Translations under genes and position numbers: made by a program
Assembly (NCBI GenBank): GCA_949451605.1
Contig: CASTSB010000006.1
Coordinates: 15,592 to 79,591 of the forward strand
DNA: 64,000 nt
Origin: an uncultured Bacilli bacterium
Lineage (GTDB): Bacteria; Bacillota_I; Bacilli_A; RF39; UBA660
Reading direction: 5' to 3'
The notes under the pieces: generated by a model
The model's input: the letters and a program-made list of their open reading frames with translations, nothing else
Databases searched by the model: none
What the model was told of the DNA's origin: nothing
Shown here: one piece after another, positions 21,546 to 32,576 of the stretch
How the letters are laid out: every line of letters begins with the position of its first letter
Numbering within the stretch: position 1 is the stretch's first letter

Positions 21546-23024
21546 ATGGAAGTTGTTCTTATGCCGTTTATTTTTATTTACCATATAGTTAGCGGAATAT
21601 TAAATTTACCTAAAAAATTATTTAGTAAGGCAGAAGATGTTGCTATAGGAGTTGAAGATAAAAGTCAATTAGTAAAAGAGACTATCTCTGAAAGTGTTGT
21701 ACCTGTTCAACAAAGTTATGTACAAGATTTAAATGTTAATCCTAATCAAGTTCCGCTTCCTGATAATACATCTGTAAAACCTCAAAATACAGAAAATAAA
21801 GAAAGAGCAAGAAATCCTTTGGTAGGATTTAAATATACTATTATTAATGCGATGGGCAAGAAAGAAAATGGAACTTTAAATGCCGAGTCAATTGAAGATG
21901 CTCGTAGCTTTTTAATGCAACAAGAATATGAAATATTAAGTCTTTCTGAAAGATCAAAGATGGATATTGATATTAATATTGGTACTGGAATTAAGCCAGC
22001 AGATCTTTCTTTTTCACTTACACAATTGTCTACTTATATAAAAGCTGGTATTCCACTTGTAGATGCTGTTAAAATCTTGGCAAAGCAAACTACTAAAAAA
22101 GACTTAAAGAAAAACTTTAATCAAATTGTTTATGAATTACTTAAAGGGGAGAGTTTTTCGGAAGCATTAATAGCTCAAGGAAATGTTTTTCCCAAACTTT
22201 TAATAAACATGGTAAAGACTTCTGAAATGACTGGAGATTTAGCATCTATTCTAGATGATATGGCAGAGTATTATACAAGTATGGATAATACGAGAAAACA
22301 GATGAAGAGCGCTATGACTTACCCAGTTGTAGTATTAACTCTTGCTTTTGCTGTATTAATTTTTATGCTTACTTATTTGGTCCCTCAATTTTCTGCAATG
22401 TTTGAAGAAAATGGAGCTTCACTACCTGCACTTACTCAAACAATTTTAAATATATCTAATTTTATAAAGTCTAATTATATAATGCTTATTATTGGAGTGA
22501 TTGTTGCGGTTGGAGCTTTCATATTTTTATTTAAAAAAGTACAAAGTTTTAGGACTACAGTTCAAACTATTATGATGCATTTACCTGTTTTTGGAAATAT
22601 TATAATTTATAACGAGATTGCTAATTTTACAAAGACTTTTGCATCACTTCTTAATCATGGTGTTTTTATTACAGATAGTATGGAAATTTTATCTAAGATT
22701 ACAAATAATGAAGTATATATAAGGATAATTAATAAGACTTTAGTTAATTTAGGTAAGGGTGACTCAATTTCTTCTGCATTTAGGGGAGAATGGGCTATAC
22801 CTGTTGTTGCTTATGAAATGATTGTTACTGGAGAATCTACTGGGCAGTTAGGTGCTATGATGGAAAAAGTCGCAAGCCACTTTCAAAATTTACATAAGAA
22901 TATAATTGATCAAATGAAAAGTTTAATTGAACCTTTATTAATCGTATTTTTGGCTGTTGTTGTAGGTGTTATTTTAATATCAATAGTTCAACCAATGTTT
23001 GCAATATATTCAACAGTGTCTTAG
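21546..23024 (+). CDS. pilC: Type IV pilus platform protein (PilC/T2SS F family) with N-terminal extension
   Basis: QLSTYIKAGIPL, GESFSEAL, SAMTYP, TGESTGQL, LIEP. Confidence 0.92.
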   Translation: MEVVLMPFIFIYHIVSGILNLPKKLFSKAEDVAIGVEDKSQLVKETISESVVPVQQSYVQDLNVNPNQVPLPDNTSVKPQNTENKERARNPLVGFKYTIINAMGKKENGTLNAESIEDARSFLMQQEYEILSLSERSKMDIDINIGTGIKPADLSFSLTQLSTYIKAGIPLVDAVKILAKQTTKKDLKKNFNQIVYELLKGESFSEALIAQGNVFPKLLINMVKTSEMTGDLASILDDMAEYYTSMDNTRKQMKSAMTYPVVVLTLAFAVLIFMLTYLVPQFSAMFEENGASLPALTQTILNISNFIKSNYIMLIIGVIVAVGAFIFLFKKVQSFRTTVQTIMMHLPVFGNIIIYNEIANFTKTFASLLNHGVFITDSMEILSKITNNEVYIRIINKTLVNLGKGDSISSAFRGEWAIPVVAYEMIVTGESTGQLGAMMEKVASHFQNLHKNIIDQMKSLIEPLLIVFLAVVVGVILISIVQPMFAIYSTVS

Positions 23025-23033
23025 GAGTAGATT

Positions 23034-23777
23034 ATGCAATTATTATTTATATGTTTTATTGGTATTGTGATAGGTTCAATATGTACAAAAGTGGGAATGC
23101 ATTTTCCAATAGAAGAAAGTATTTTTGAAAAGTCTACTTGTAGCCATTGTGGTTATAAGCATTCATATATTGCATTTTTTAATTATTTTATTAATAGTGG
23201 TAGATGTAAAAACTGTGGAGCTAGACTTAGGTTTTTACCTGTATTAAATGAGGCATTTACTGGACTGTTCTTTGCACTTAGTTATTATATTTTTGGATTT
23301 AGTTATTCTTTCTTTATTGCAATTGGTATTATTTGTTTACTTATGATTATTTTAATAAGTGATTTAAATTATATGATAATACCTGATGAAGTTTTAGTTT
23401 TGTTCAGTGCTTATTTTATTTTAGTGTTATTTTTTAAGATTGGACTTATGTCTGTATTATTACAAATTGGTTATGGAATATTCTTATTTTTAGTAATGTA
23501 TTTTATTATGATTTTAGGAGAGGTGATATTAAAAAAAGAAAGTTTAGGTGGAGGAGACGTTAAGATGATGTTTATTTTTGGACTTATCTTAGGACCATTA
23601 TCAGGAGTTTTTTCTATATTTGTTGCAAGCTTTATTGCTCTTCCAGTATCTATTATTATAATGCTTAAGAGTGATAATAATGCAATTCCATTTGGGCCTT
23701 TTTTATTAATATCTTTAATGCTTTTCTTCTTTTTACAAATTGATACAGATTTTATAATTAATTTATTAAGATTTTAA
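23034..23777 (+). CDS. pilD: Prepilin peptidase (A24; PilD/ComC)
   Basis: CxxC...CxxC, ISDL..MIIPD, LGGGDVK, IPFGPFL. Confidence 0.9.
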   Translation: MQLLFICFIGIVIGSICTKVGMHFPIEESIFEKSTCSHCGYKHSYIAFFNYFINSGRCKNCGARLRFLPVLNEAFTGLFFALSYYIFGFSYSFFIAIGIICLLMIILISDLNYMIIPDEVLVLFSAYFILVLFFKIGLMSVLLQIGYGIFLFLVMYFIMILGEVILKKESLGGGDVKMMFIFGLILGPLSGVFSIFVASFIALPVSIIIMLKSDNNAIPFGPFLLISLMLFFFLQIDTDFIINLLRF

Positions 23778-23838
23778 GAAAGATTTGCTTTCTTTTTTTC
23801 TTTATTAGTTGTAGTATAAAAGCAGGAGTTGATGAGAT

Positions 23839-25161
23839 GTGAAAAATCTAACTATTTTGCCAGCAGATACTTATACAGTTTTAAATAAAACTATAATCAG
23901 TGATAGTGATTTAAAAATAGTTAGTATGCTTTATCAACCAATTATAGGTTTTAGTGCAGTCTCTTTATATTTTACTTTAATTGATGATTTAGATAAGCTT
24001 CAACTTATGAGTGATGATTTGACTCATCATCATTTAATGGCGACAATGCAGCTTAGACTAGAGGATATTGTGATTGCTAGAGAAAAGCTAGAGGCTGTTG
24101 GACTTCTAAAGTCTTATTTAAAAAAAGGAAGTATCAATCAATATGTTTATTTAATTTATTCTCCAATGAATGCTAATGAGTTTTTTAATCACCCAATTTT
24201 AAATATTGTTTTATATAACAATTTAGGTAAAAAAGAATATGAAAAGTTACTTAATTTTTATAAAATACCAAAGGTTAATTTAAAAGATTTTGATGATGTA
24301 ACGGCTTCTTTTGATGAAGTTTTTACATCTGTTAGAGGAAATGTTTTAGAGTTTGATAATGATATTACCAAAAGGGATACTAATAATATAGTTCTAAATA
24401 AAGGTATTGATTTTAATTTACTTATATCATCTATTCCTGAATCACAAATTAACGATAGATGTTTCAATGATGAAATAAAAGAATTAATAAATTCTCTTAG
24501 TTTTACATATAATTTGCAGACTACTGATATGCAAGGATTAGTAAGAGATGCTATTAATGAGAAAGGTTTGATTGATAAAAATAAATTAAGAAGAAGTTGT
24601 CGTGATTATTATCAATTTGATAATAATGGTAATTTGCCTACTTTAATATATAATAAACAACCTAATTATTTGAAGAAGCCAGATGGAGATAATTCTAAAT
24701 GGGGAAGACTTGTCTATGCTTTTGAAAATTTAACGCCTTATCAATTTTTAAAACAAAAGTATAAAGGTGCTGAACCTACTCAAAGAGATAAGCGTCTAAT
24801 TGAAAACTTGTTGGTAGAGCAAAAATTCAATCCAGGAGTAGTTAATGTTTTAATAGCTTATGTTTTAAAAATTAATGGGGAACAATTAAAGAAAAGCTAT
24901 GTTGAAACACTAGCGGGACAATGGAAGAGGCTTAATATAGAAACAGTTGAAGAAGCTATGCGTATTACTGAAAAGGAACATAAGAAAACTAAGAAAATGA
25001 TCGATGCTGATCATAAAAATTCAGGAAAAGGTAGAGTATCGTCTGTTTCTACAAAAAATACAAGTGATATTCCAGTTTGGTTTGATACAGATCCAAATAA
25101 GAGTGAACTTAGTGAAGAGGATGAGTTAGAGCTTAACAAGATACTTGAAGACCTTGTCTAA
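23839..25161 (+). CDS. dnaB: Replication initiation/membrane attachment protein DnaB (Bacillus-type, DnaD domain)
   Basis: LYQPIIG..AVSLY, AREKLEAVGLL, GVVNVLIAYVL, YVETLAGQWKRLNIETVEEA. Confidence 0.88.
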   Translation: MKNLTILPADTYTVLNKTIISDSDLKIVSMLYQPIIGFSAVSLYFTLIDDLDKLQLMSDDLTHHHLMATMQLRLEDIVIAREKLEAVGLLKSYLKKGSINQYVYLIYSPMNANEFFNHPILNIVLYNNLGKKEYEKLLNFYKIPKVNLKDFDDVTASFDEVFTSVRGNVLEFDNDITKRDTNNIVLNKGIDFNLLISSIPESQINDRCFNDEIKELINSLSFTYNLQTTDMQGLVRDAINEKGLIDKNKLRRSCRDYYQFDNNGNLPTLIYNKQPNYLKKPDGDNSKWGRLVYAFENLTPYQFLKQKYKGAEPTQRDKRLIENLLVEQKFNPGVVNVLIAYVLKINGEQLKKSYVETLAGQWKRLNIETVEEAMRITEKEHKKTKKMIDADHKNSGKGRVSSVSTKNTSDIPVWFDTDPNKSELSEEDELELNKILEDLV

Positions 25162-25243
25162 TAGTGTAAAGTGTCTTGCTTCTCTAACTTGTCTTTTTTC
25201 TTTATCTATGATATTATTGTATGCGGTATAAGGGATTGATTAG

Positions 25244-25744
25244 ATGAAGAAATATAAAAATGATGAATTTTTTAATATAATAGATAAAATAATTTCAAAT
25301 GAAGAATTTAGTAAAACTAAAGAGATTGATCATCATGGTATAACAAGATATAATCATTGTTTAAGAGTTGCTTATTATTCTTTTTTAATTACTAAATTTT
25401 TGCATCTTGACTATAAAAAAGTTACTGAGGCAGCTTTACTTCATGATTTTTTTATTGATGAAGTAGAAGATAAGAATTTTTATGGTAGGCTTACAAAGCA
25501 TTCTAAATATGCTCTTGTTAATGCAAGTAAATATTTTGATTTAAATGATATGCAAAAAGATATTATTCTAACTCATATGTTTCCAGTTACTTTTACTCCG
25601 CCTAAGTATATAGAAAGCTGGATAGTTGATTTAGTGGATGATATAGCAGCAATTTATGAAAAGTTTTATTCTGTTAGATTAGAAATGAGAGCGGCATTTA
25701 CATTTTTGTTACTTTTATTTATAAATTATATTAGAGTTATTTAA
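25244..25744 (+). CDS. HD-domain phosphohydrolase
   Basis: RYNHCLRVA, ALLHDFF, HMFP. Confidence 0.88.
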   Translation: MKKYKNDEFFNIIDKIISNEEFSKTKEIDHHGITRYNHCLRVAYYSFLITKFLHLDYKKVTEAALLHDFFIDEVEDKNFYGRLTKHSKYALVNASKYFDLNDMQKDIILTHMFPVTFTPPKYIESWIVDLVDDIAAIYEKFYSVRLEMRAAFTFLLLLFINYIRVI

Positions 25745-25766
25745 GCAAGTACTTACTTGCTTTTTT
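25743..25766 (+). terminator. Intrinsic terminator
   Basis: aagcaagta-ct-tacttgctt plus T run. Confidence 0.8.
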
Positions 25767-25822
25767 GTTGTTTTATATAGTTTATTTTGCTATAATTTAA
25801 ATATAATAGGAAGGTAAGTAGT

Positions 25823-28800
25823 ATGGATAATTTTTTTAGAAAATTAGAGAAATATATAAATCGTAAAAATATTTCTTTATTAATCGTTTGTATAATAATG
25901 CTACTTAGCTTTGGTTATGCGGCATTTAATTCTAATCTTAATATATCAGGTTTCTCAGCTGATGTTAGAATAAGGGAAGATATAAGAATAACAGGAATTA
26001 GAACTAGTAGTTTTAATAATGCCTCATCTACTTATGAGGATTATAATAAGAAGAATATACAAGTTGGTGTAACTCTTCCAAGTTCTACATCTGAGGCAGT
26101 ATACTCAGTAGATATAACTAATCTTGGTAATGTAGAGATGGGTATTCTTTCAATTAATAATTTACCAGATAATTTATTACTTGAAGTATTAGATTATGAA
26201 ATGAATAAAGTTTTATGCCAAGATAATAAATGTAGTCTAGGAATGACTAAAACAATAAGAGTTAAAATTAAATATAAAAATGGAGGATTCTCTGCATCTT
26301 CAACAACTTATAATTTGAAATTAGATTTTGATTTTCAAAGGATGTATACAGTTACATATAATACTCAGGCCGGGGCTAATAAGACTGATAAAGCCATTAA
26401 CAATGGAACATATAAATTAGATTATAATCAAGAGTCAGTAAAGCCTACTAGTATGGCAGTTAAGATGAATAATCAAGCAATAACTGATTATACTTATACT
26501 TATCAAGAAGGAATACTAACAATTCCAAATGTATCAGGAGATATTGTAATTACTAATAGTTATATTGATTATTTAAAAGTATCAGGAAACCCTGATTCAG
26601 AAGATGTACAATTCTTTAATCAAGGAATTAAAAGAAACGAAATAGAGTCAGTAACATTTAAAAATAGTAAGGCAGTATCAAGAGCCGTTGTGAAAAGCTT
26701 TGATATATCACAAGATAATACTGGCAACATTATGGCTTATTATATGGATGAAGATTCTAATGGGTTATATGAATTATATATAGGCCAAGATGGAGGAGTA
26801 AATGCAAATAAAGACTCAAGTTATCTTTTTAAATATATGACTAATCTTAAAAATATAGATTTCACATACTATAATACCGATGCCGTTACTAGTATGAATT
26901 CTTTATTTAATTATTGTAGTAGCCTAACTAGTCTTGATTTATCAAGATTCAATACTTCTAAAGTAACAGATATGGGATGGATGTTTAGTGTTACTAGTGC
27001 TTTAACAAATTTAGATTTATCAATGTTTGACACAAGAGAAGTTACTAACATGCGTTCTATGTTTCATACTAATAGCAGTTTGACTGAACTTGATTTAAGT
27101 AATTTCATAACTACTAAGCTTACAAATATGGATAGTATGTTTAGAGGATGTAGTAATTTGATTAGCTTAGATTTAAGTAGTTTTAATACTTCTAATGTAA
27201 CAAATATGGAAAGCTTGCTTTATGAAGATATTAAATTAAATGATTTAAAATTTACACCAAATATATTTCTTACTAATAATGTAACTAGTATGGGATGGAT
27301 GTTTTATAAATGTAATGCCTTAGGTAATATAGATACCTCAAAATTTGTTGCAACAGAAGCAGTACAACTTAAAAGTATGTTTGCACAATGTACTAGTATG
27401 ACAACAATTGATTTAAGTAATTTTATGCAAACAAAAGCTGAAGATACATCATTTATGTTTAGTGGTTGTACAAATTTAAAAAATGTTAATATTAGTAATT
27501 TGGATGTAAGTTCTTCTACTTCTTTTAATCAAATGTTTAATAGCTGCTCAAGTCTTATTAGTGTAGATTTAAGTGGCTTTAACGCCAATTCAGTTACATC
27601 AACATATAGAATGTTTTATGGTTGTGAATCATTATCTAATATTAAATTTAATAATTTTGATGGAAGTAAGAATACAACTATGTATCAAATGTTTTACAAT
27701 TGTGGCAATCTTACTAATTTAGATTTAAGTAGTTTTAATACAGCTAGTGTAAAAAATATGCAATCAGTTTTTTATTGTTGTTCTAAACTTTCTACAATAA
27801 CTTTAAATCCTACAATATTTAAAACAGATAATGTAACAAATATGGGCTGGATGTTTTTTAGATGTAATGCATTAACTGCAGTTGATACGAGCAAATTCAC
27901 TGCTACAAATGTAGAACAAATGAAAAGTATGTTTTGTGATTGTTCTGAACTTACAAGTTTAAATCTTAGTAATTTTACTTCTTCAAAAGTTACAAATAAT
28001 GATTTTATGTTTAGTGGATGTAGTAAGCTTTCTAGCTTGATAATAAATAATTTTAATCCGAATTTATCTACATCGATGCAAGGGATGTTTGATGGTTGTT
28101 CTGAGTTGACTTCACTTGATATTTCTAAATTTAGTACAAGTAATGTTACAAATATGCAATCGATGTTTAGTGGTTGTCATAAAATTGTTACTATTACGTT
28201 CGATAAAAGTTTATTCTTAACAGATAAAGTAAAAAATCTGTCAGGTATGTATAATGAATGTTTCAAATTAATTTCTTTAGATTTAAGTAATTTTAATACT
28301 GCAAATGTTACTACTATGAGAATAATGTTTCAACAGTGTAATAATTTAAGTTCAATAAATATAAATCCTAATTTGTTTATTACAAGTGCAGTAACTGATT
28401 TTGTAGCAATGTTTAATCAATGTTCTGTGCTAACTAATGTTGATACAAGTAAGTTTGTTGCAACTAATGCTACAGATACTAAATGGATGTTTAGGTCATG
28501 TTCTAATATAACATCAATTAATTTAAGTAATTTTATAAGTTCTAAAACTACTGACACGTCATATATGTTTAGTGGATGTACTAGTTTAACTAATTTAGAG
28601 ATCAGTAAACTAGATACTTCTAATGTAGTTAATATGTCTAATATGTTTAATGAATGTAATTCACTAGTTTCTTTGAACGTTATTAATTTTAATACCTCAA
28701 ATGTTACTAATATGGAATTAATGTTTTATAATTGTAATAAACTTACAACTTTAACTTTTGATAAAACTAAGTTTTTAACTAATAATGTAACCACAATGGA

Positions 28801-30031
28801 TAGAATGTTTTGTCAATGTAGCAGCTTAACTAGTCTTGATGTGAGCAATTTTAATACAGCTAATGTGACAATTATGCAGTCAATGTTTTTTGATTGTAAT
28901 AAACTAACTGAAATAGATGTATCAAATTTCAATACAGAAAAAGTTACTAATATGTTTAAAATGTTTTTTCAATGTAAATCAGTTACAAATTTAAATTTAA
29001 GTAATTTTAATACTCCTGTATTAACAGCAATGGATCAAATGTTTAGAGATTGTAACGTATTAACTTCTTTAGATTTAAGAGGATTTAATACCAGTCAAAT
29101 TACAAAGATGGATTATTTATTTTATAATTGTAAAAAATTAACAACAGTTCAAATTGATTCTAGTATATTTAAAACTGATAAAGTAACAAGTTTAGGTTGG
29201 ATGTTTTATAATTGCAATTCTCTAACTTCTATTGATACTTCAAAATTTGTTGCTACAAATGCGACCCAATTAAAATGTATGTTTTATAATTGCAATGCTT
29301 TAACAAATTTAGACTTATCTATGTTTAGTAATACTCCTGCAACTAATACTAGTTGGATGTTTTATAATTGTTCTTCTTTAGTAACATTAAACATAAGTAA
29401 TTTTAATCCTTCATCATCAACAACAATGGAGCGTATGTTTAATAAATGTAATAAATTAACAGCACTTAATGTGTCAAAATTTAATACTAGTAATGTTACT
29501 AACATGAATTGTATGTTTGATAGTTGTGGGAGTTTAACTACTTTAAATATAACTAATTTTAACACTTCTAATGTTACGAATATGGGGGCAATGTTTACGG
29601 CTTGTTATGGTTTATCATCATTAAATGTAAGTAATTTTAATACAAGTAAGGTTACAAATATGAGTTCAATGTTTGCTTCTTGTTTTGGTCTAACTTCGCT
29701 TGACTTAAGTAATTTTGATACATCTAGTCTAACTGATATGAGTTCTATGTTTTACTATTGTAACAAATTAACTACTTTAAATTTAAATAATTTTAATACG
29801 AGAAAGGTTACTAATATGTATGGATTATTTAATCAATGTTCAGGTTTAAAAACAATTTATATAGATGGAATAGATTTTATGCCACCTAGCACATGTAATT
29901 TTGATAGTATGTTTTTAAATACTACGAGTTTGCAAGGAATTTATGTTTATAATATTAGTTATTTAGAACCATATTTGTATAGTGATTATAGTGATCAGTT
30001 ACAATCTTTACCATGGGAAGTGAGCCATTAG
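25823..30031 (+). CDS. Very large exported BspA-type LRR protein with TasA-like N-terminal domain (family A, copy 3)
   Basis: FGYA-AFNSNLNISG junction; LPSSTSEAVYSVDITNLGN; roughly 40 repeats of 26-28 aa. Confidence 0.88.
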   Translation: MDNFFRKLEKYINRKNISLLIVCIIMLLSFGYAAFNSNLNISGFSADVRIREDIRITGIRTSSFNNASSTYEDYNKKNIQVGVTLPSSTSEAVYSVDITNLGNVEMGILSINNLPDNLLLEVLDYEMNKVLCQDNKCSLGMTKTIRVKIKYKNGGFSASSTTYNLKLDFDFQRMYTVTYNTQAGANKTDKAINNGTYKLDYNQESVKPTSMAVKMNNQAITDYTYTYQEGILTIPNVSGDIVITNSYIDYLKVSGNPDSEDVQFFNQGIKRNEIESVTFKNSKAVSRAVVKSFDISQDNTGNIMAYYMDEDSNGLYELYIGQDGGVNANKDSSYLFKYMTNLKNIDFTYYNTDAVTSMNSLFNYCSSLTSLDLSRFNTSKVTDMGWMFSVTSALTNLDLSMFDTREVTNMRSMFHTNSSLTELDLSNFITTKLTNMDSMFRGCSNLISLDLSSFNTSNVTNMESLLYEDIKLNDLKFTPNIFLTNNVTSMGWMFYKCNALGNIDTSKFVATEAVQLKSMFAQCTSMTTIDLSNFMQTKAEDTSFMFSGCTNLKNVNISNLDVSSSTSFNQMFNSCSSLISVDLSGFNANSVTSTYRMFYGCESLSNIKFNNFDGSKNTTMYQMFYNCGNLTNLDLSSFNTASVKNMQSVFYCCSKLSTITLNPTIFKTDNVTNMGWMFFRCNALTAVDTSKFTATNVEQMKSMFCDCSELTSLNLSNFTSSKVTNNDFMFSGCSKLSSLIINNFNPNLSTSMQGMFDGCSELTSLDISKFSTSNVTNMQSMFSGCHKIVTITFDKSLFLTDKVKNLSGMYNECFKLISLDLSNFNTANVTTMRIMFQQCNNLSSININPNLFITSAVTDFVAMFNQCSVLTNVDTSKFVATNATDTKWMFRSCSNITSINLSNFISSKTTDTSYMFSGCTSLTNLEISKLDTSNVVNMSNMFNECNSLVSLNVINFNTSNVTNMELMFYNCNKLTTLTFDKTKFLTNNVTTMDRMFCQCSSLTSLDVSNFNTANVTIMQSMFFDCNKLTEIDVSNFNTEKVTNMFKMFFQCKSVTNLNLSNFNTPVLTAMDQMFRDCNVLTSLDLRGFNTSQITKMDYLFYNCKKLTTVQIDSSIFKTDKVTSLGWMFYNCNSLTSIDTSKFVATNATQLKCMFYNCNALTNLDLSMFSNTPATNTSWMFYNCSSLVTLNISNFNPSSSTTMERMFNKCNKLTALNVSKFNTSNVTNMNCMFDSCGSLTTLNITNFNTSNVTNMGAMFTACYGLSSLNVSNFNTSKVTNMSSMFASCFGLTSLDLSNFDTSSLTDMSSMFYYCNKLTTLNLNNFNTRKVTNMYGLFNQCSGLKTIYIDGIDFMPPSTCNFDSMFLNTTSLQGIYVYNISYLEPYLYSDYSDQLQSLPWEVSH

Positions 30032-30040
30032 GCTCTTTTT
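30022..30040 (+). terminator. Intrinsic terminator overlapping the stop codon
   Basis: gagcc-atta-ggctc plus T run. Confidence 0.7.
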
Positions 30041-30093
30041 CTTTTTGGGCTTTTTTTTATATAAGGTTTATGGTATAATTTAGCAAGAAAGAA

Positions 30094-31725
30094 GTGAGAA
30101 ACATGAATAATAAAACATTTATATTTGGACATAAGAGACCTGATTCAGATAGTATCATGTCTGCAATTGGACTTTCTTATTTAAAAAATCAATTAGGAGA
30201 GGATACTGAACCTAGAGCACTTGGTAGTGTTAATAAGGAAACAGCATATGCGCTTGATTATTTTAAGTTGGATACACCAGAATATTTAAATGATGTTAAA
30301 TTACAACTTAAAGATGTTAACTATCATAAAGAGTTTTTAATTAAAGAAAATGATAGTATTTATGATGGTTATCAATATATGTTGAAGGAAGGACTTACTG
30401 GTCTTCCTGTTGCAAAAGAAGATGGTGAGTTTACTGGACTTATTACTATTAAGGATCTTTCACGTGTTATTATTAATGAAAATATTGAGGATTTATATAC
30501 TTCATATGATAATATTATGCATGTATTAAAAGGTGAAGAATTAGTAAGAGCTAATGATGAGATAGTAGGTAAGCTAATAGTTGCAGCATATCGTAGTACA
30601 ACATTTATTAAAAATATTGATTTAGATAATAATACAGTTTTAATAGTAGGAGATCGTCATAGTATTATTGAGCATGCAGTTAATAAAAAAGTAAAATTAT
30701 TAATTATATCAGGTGATTCTGAAATTAAAGAAGAACATTTAGAGATTGCTCGTAAAAATAATGTTAACGTTATTAGAACACCTTATGATTCATATCATAT
30801 AGCTAAGTTAGTAGGTTTAACTAATTATATTAAAACAATGATTAGAAGTTATAATCCTACAAAGTTTGAAGATACAGAATTTGTATCAACTGTAATTGAA
30901 GTTAATAATAAGCTAAAACATACTAATTATCCAATTGTTGATAAGAATAACAAATGTTTAGGATTACTTAGAATAACAGACTTAAATGAAAAAAATCCTA
31001 AAAAAGCTATTTTAGTTGATCATAATGAAAAATTACAAAGTGCCGAAGGGTTAGATGAAGCTTTAATTTTAGAAATATTTGATCACCATAATTTAGGAAG
31101 TATTACTACATCAAATCCAATTAACTTTAGAAATATGGCAGTTGGTTCAACATGTACAATTGTTTATACATTATTTAAGGAGAAGAAAGTTAAAATTCCA
31201 AAGAAAATTGCAGGAGCATTACTTTCAGGAATTTTATCAGATACTTTAATTCTTAAAAGCCCAACTGCTACTAAGGTTGATGAAGAAGCAGTATTAGAAC
31301 TTGCTAAGATAGCTGGAGTAGATTATAAAGAATATGGTATGAACATGTTAAAAGCTGGTACTTCAGTTGAAGGTATGACTAAGGAAGAAGTATTATATAA
31401 CGACTTTAAATTATATACTGTAAATGATAAAAAGTTTGGTATAGGGCAATTCTTTACTATGAATTTTGATGAAATGAAAAAAGAGATGGATGAGTACGTA
31501 AGTGTATTAGATGAAATAGCATCTGCAAATGAATATAATTTAGTTGCTTTATATGTAACAGATATTATAGAAAATGGTAGTTATGTATTATATAACTCTA
31601 AGGGACAAGAAGCTATGGAACTAGCTTATGATAATAGAGAAGTAAGTGAAGGTATGTTTATTGAAGGATGTATGTCTCGCAAGAAAAATGTTGTTCCTAT
31701 CATTATGCAGGTATTTGAAAACTAA
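30094..31725 (+). CDS. ppaC: Mn-dependent inorganic pyrophosphatase with CBS-DRTGG insert
   Basis: FGHKRPDSDS, VDHNE, DHH, SDTL, SRKK; internal GDR and CBS-like segments. Confidence 0.93.
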   Translation: MRNMNNKTFIFGHKRPDSDSIMSAIGLSYLKNQLGEDTEPRALGSVNKETAYALDYFKLDTPEYLNDVKLQLKDVNYHKEFLIKENDSIYDGYQYMLKEGLTGLPVAKEDGEFTGLITIKDLSRVIINENIEDLYTSYDNIMHVLKGEELVRANDEIVGKLIVAAYRSTTFIKNIDLDNNTVLIVGDRHSIIEHAVNKKVKLLIISGDSEIKEEHLEIARKNNVNVIRTPYDSYHIAKLVGLTNYIKTMIRSYNPTKFEDTEFVSTVIEVNNKLKHTNYPIVDKNNKCLGLLRITDLNEKNPKKAILVDHNEKLQSAEGLDEALILEIFDHHNLGSITTSNPINFRNMAVGSTCTIVYTLFKEKKVKIPKKIAGALLSGILSDTLILKSPTATKVDEEAVLELAKIAGVDYKEYGMNMLKAGTSVEGMTKEEVLYNDFKLYTVNDKKFGIGQFFTMNFDEMKKEMDEYVSVLDEIASANEYNLVALYVTDIIENGSYVLYNSKGQEAMELAYDNREVSEGMFIEGCMSRKKNVVPIIMQVFEN

Positions 31726-31736
31726 AAGGAGTAAAT

Positions 31737-32576
31737 ATGAAAGATAAATTATTATTTATTATTAAGGGGTTCTTTTTTGGAGTTGCTAATATAATTCCTG
31801 GAGTTAGTGGTGGTACTATTGCTATTACTATGGGAATATATGAAGATATGTTAGCTAGTATTTCAGGATTTTTTAAAAATCCAATGAAAAGTATTAAGTA
31901 TTTAATGCCACTAGGTATAGGAGCAGTTCTTGCTATATTACTTATGAGTAAAGTAATAAGCTTTTCTCTTGATAAGTATCCTGCTCCTACAACTTTGTTC
32001 TTTATTGGACTCATTTTAGGAGGTATTCCTCTTCTTGCTAAGAAGGTAAAGAATGAGCGTATTAAACCATTTAATATTTTACTTTTTTTAATAACTTTTG
32101 GAATTGTTATTGCTATGAATTTTATGAAGGCTGGTAGTACTAATATGGATTTATCTAATCCTACTTTTATTACAGCAATTTTACTTTTCTTAGTAGGTAT
32201 GGTAGCTGCAGGTACTATGGTTATTCCTGGTATTAGTGGTTCTTTTGTACTAATGTTACTTGGGGCTTATGAACCAATTGTAAAAATAATAGGTGATATA
32301 ACTAATTTTTCCAATTTAGGCCATAATTTGTTCATTTTAATTCCTTTTGGAATTGGTGTTGTACTTGGAGTAATTGTGATTGCTAAAATACTAGAATTTT
32401 TATTTAGTAAATATGAAGTTTCAACTTATTATGCTATTTTAGGGTTTATAGTATCTAGTATTATAGCTTTATTTACTATTGTTCTTGGAGTTAAAATTTC
32501 AACTATTGAATTAATTATTGGTGCTATTTTATGTCTTCTTGGCATATTAGTAGGTTATAAGTTAGGAGATGAATAG
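31737..32576 (+). CDS. DUF368 membrane protein (undecaprenyl-phosphate translocase family)
   Basis: Duplicated IPGVSGGT / IPGISGS motifs; multiple TM segments. Confidence 0.9.
   Translation: MKDKLLFIIKGFFFGVANIIPGVSGGTIAITMGIYEDMLASISGFFKNPMKSIKYLMPLGIGAVLAILLMSKVISFSLDKYPAPTTLFFIGLILGGIPLLAKKVKNERIKPFNILLFLITFGIVIAMNFMKAGSTNMDLSNPTFITAILLFLVGMVAAGTMVIPGISGSFVLMLLGAYEPIVKIIGDITNFSNLGHNLFILIPFGIGVVLGVIVIAKILEFLFSKYEVSTYYAILGFIVSSIIALFTIVLGVKISTIELIIGAILCLLGILVGYKLGDE

Noticed and set aside
26850-29850. Recurring ~78-nt motifs (aattttaatac..aatgttac..atatg) as a CRISPR array or DGR template/variable repeat
   Set aside because: They are degenerate, in-frame coding LRR units. No identical repeats with unique spacers, no cas or reverse transcriptase gene, and no adenine-specific repeat pair was seen.
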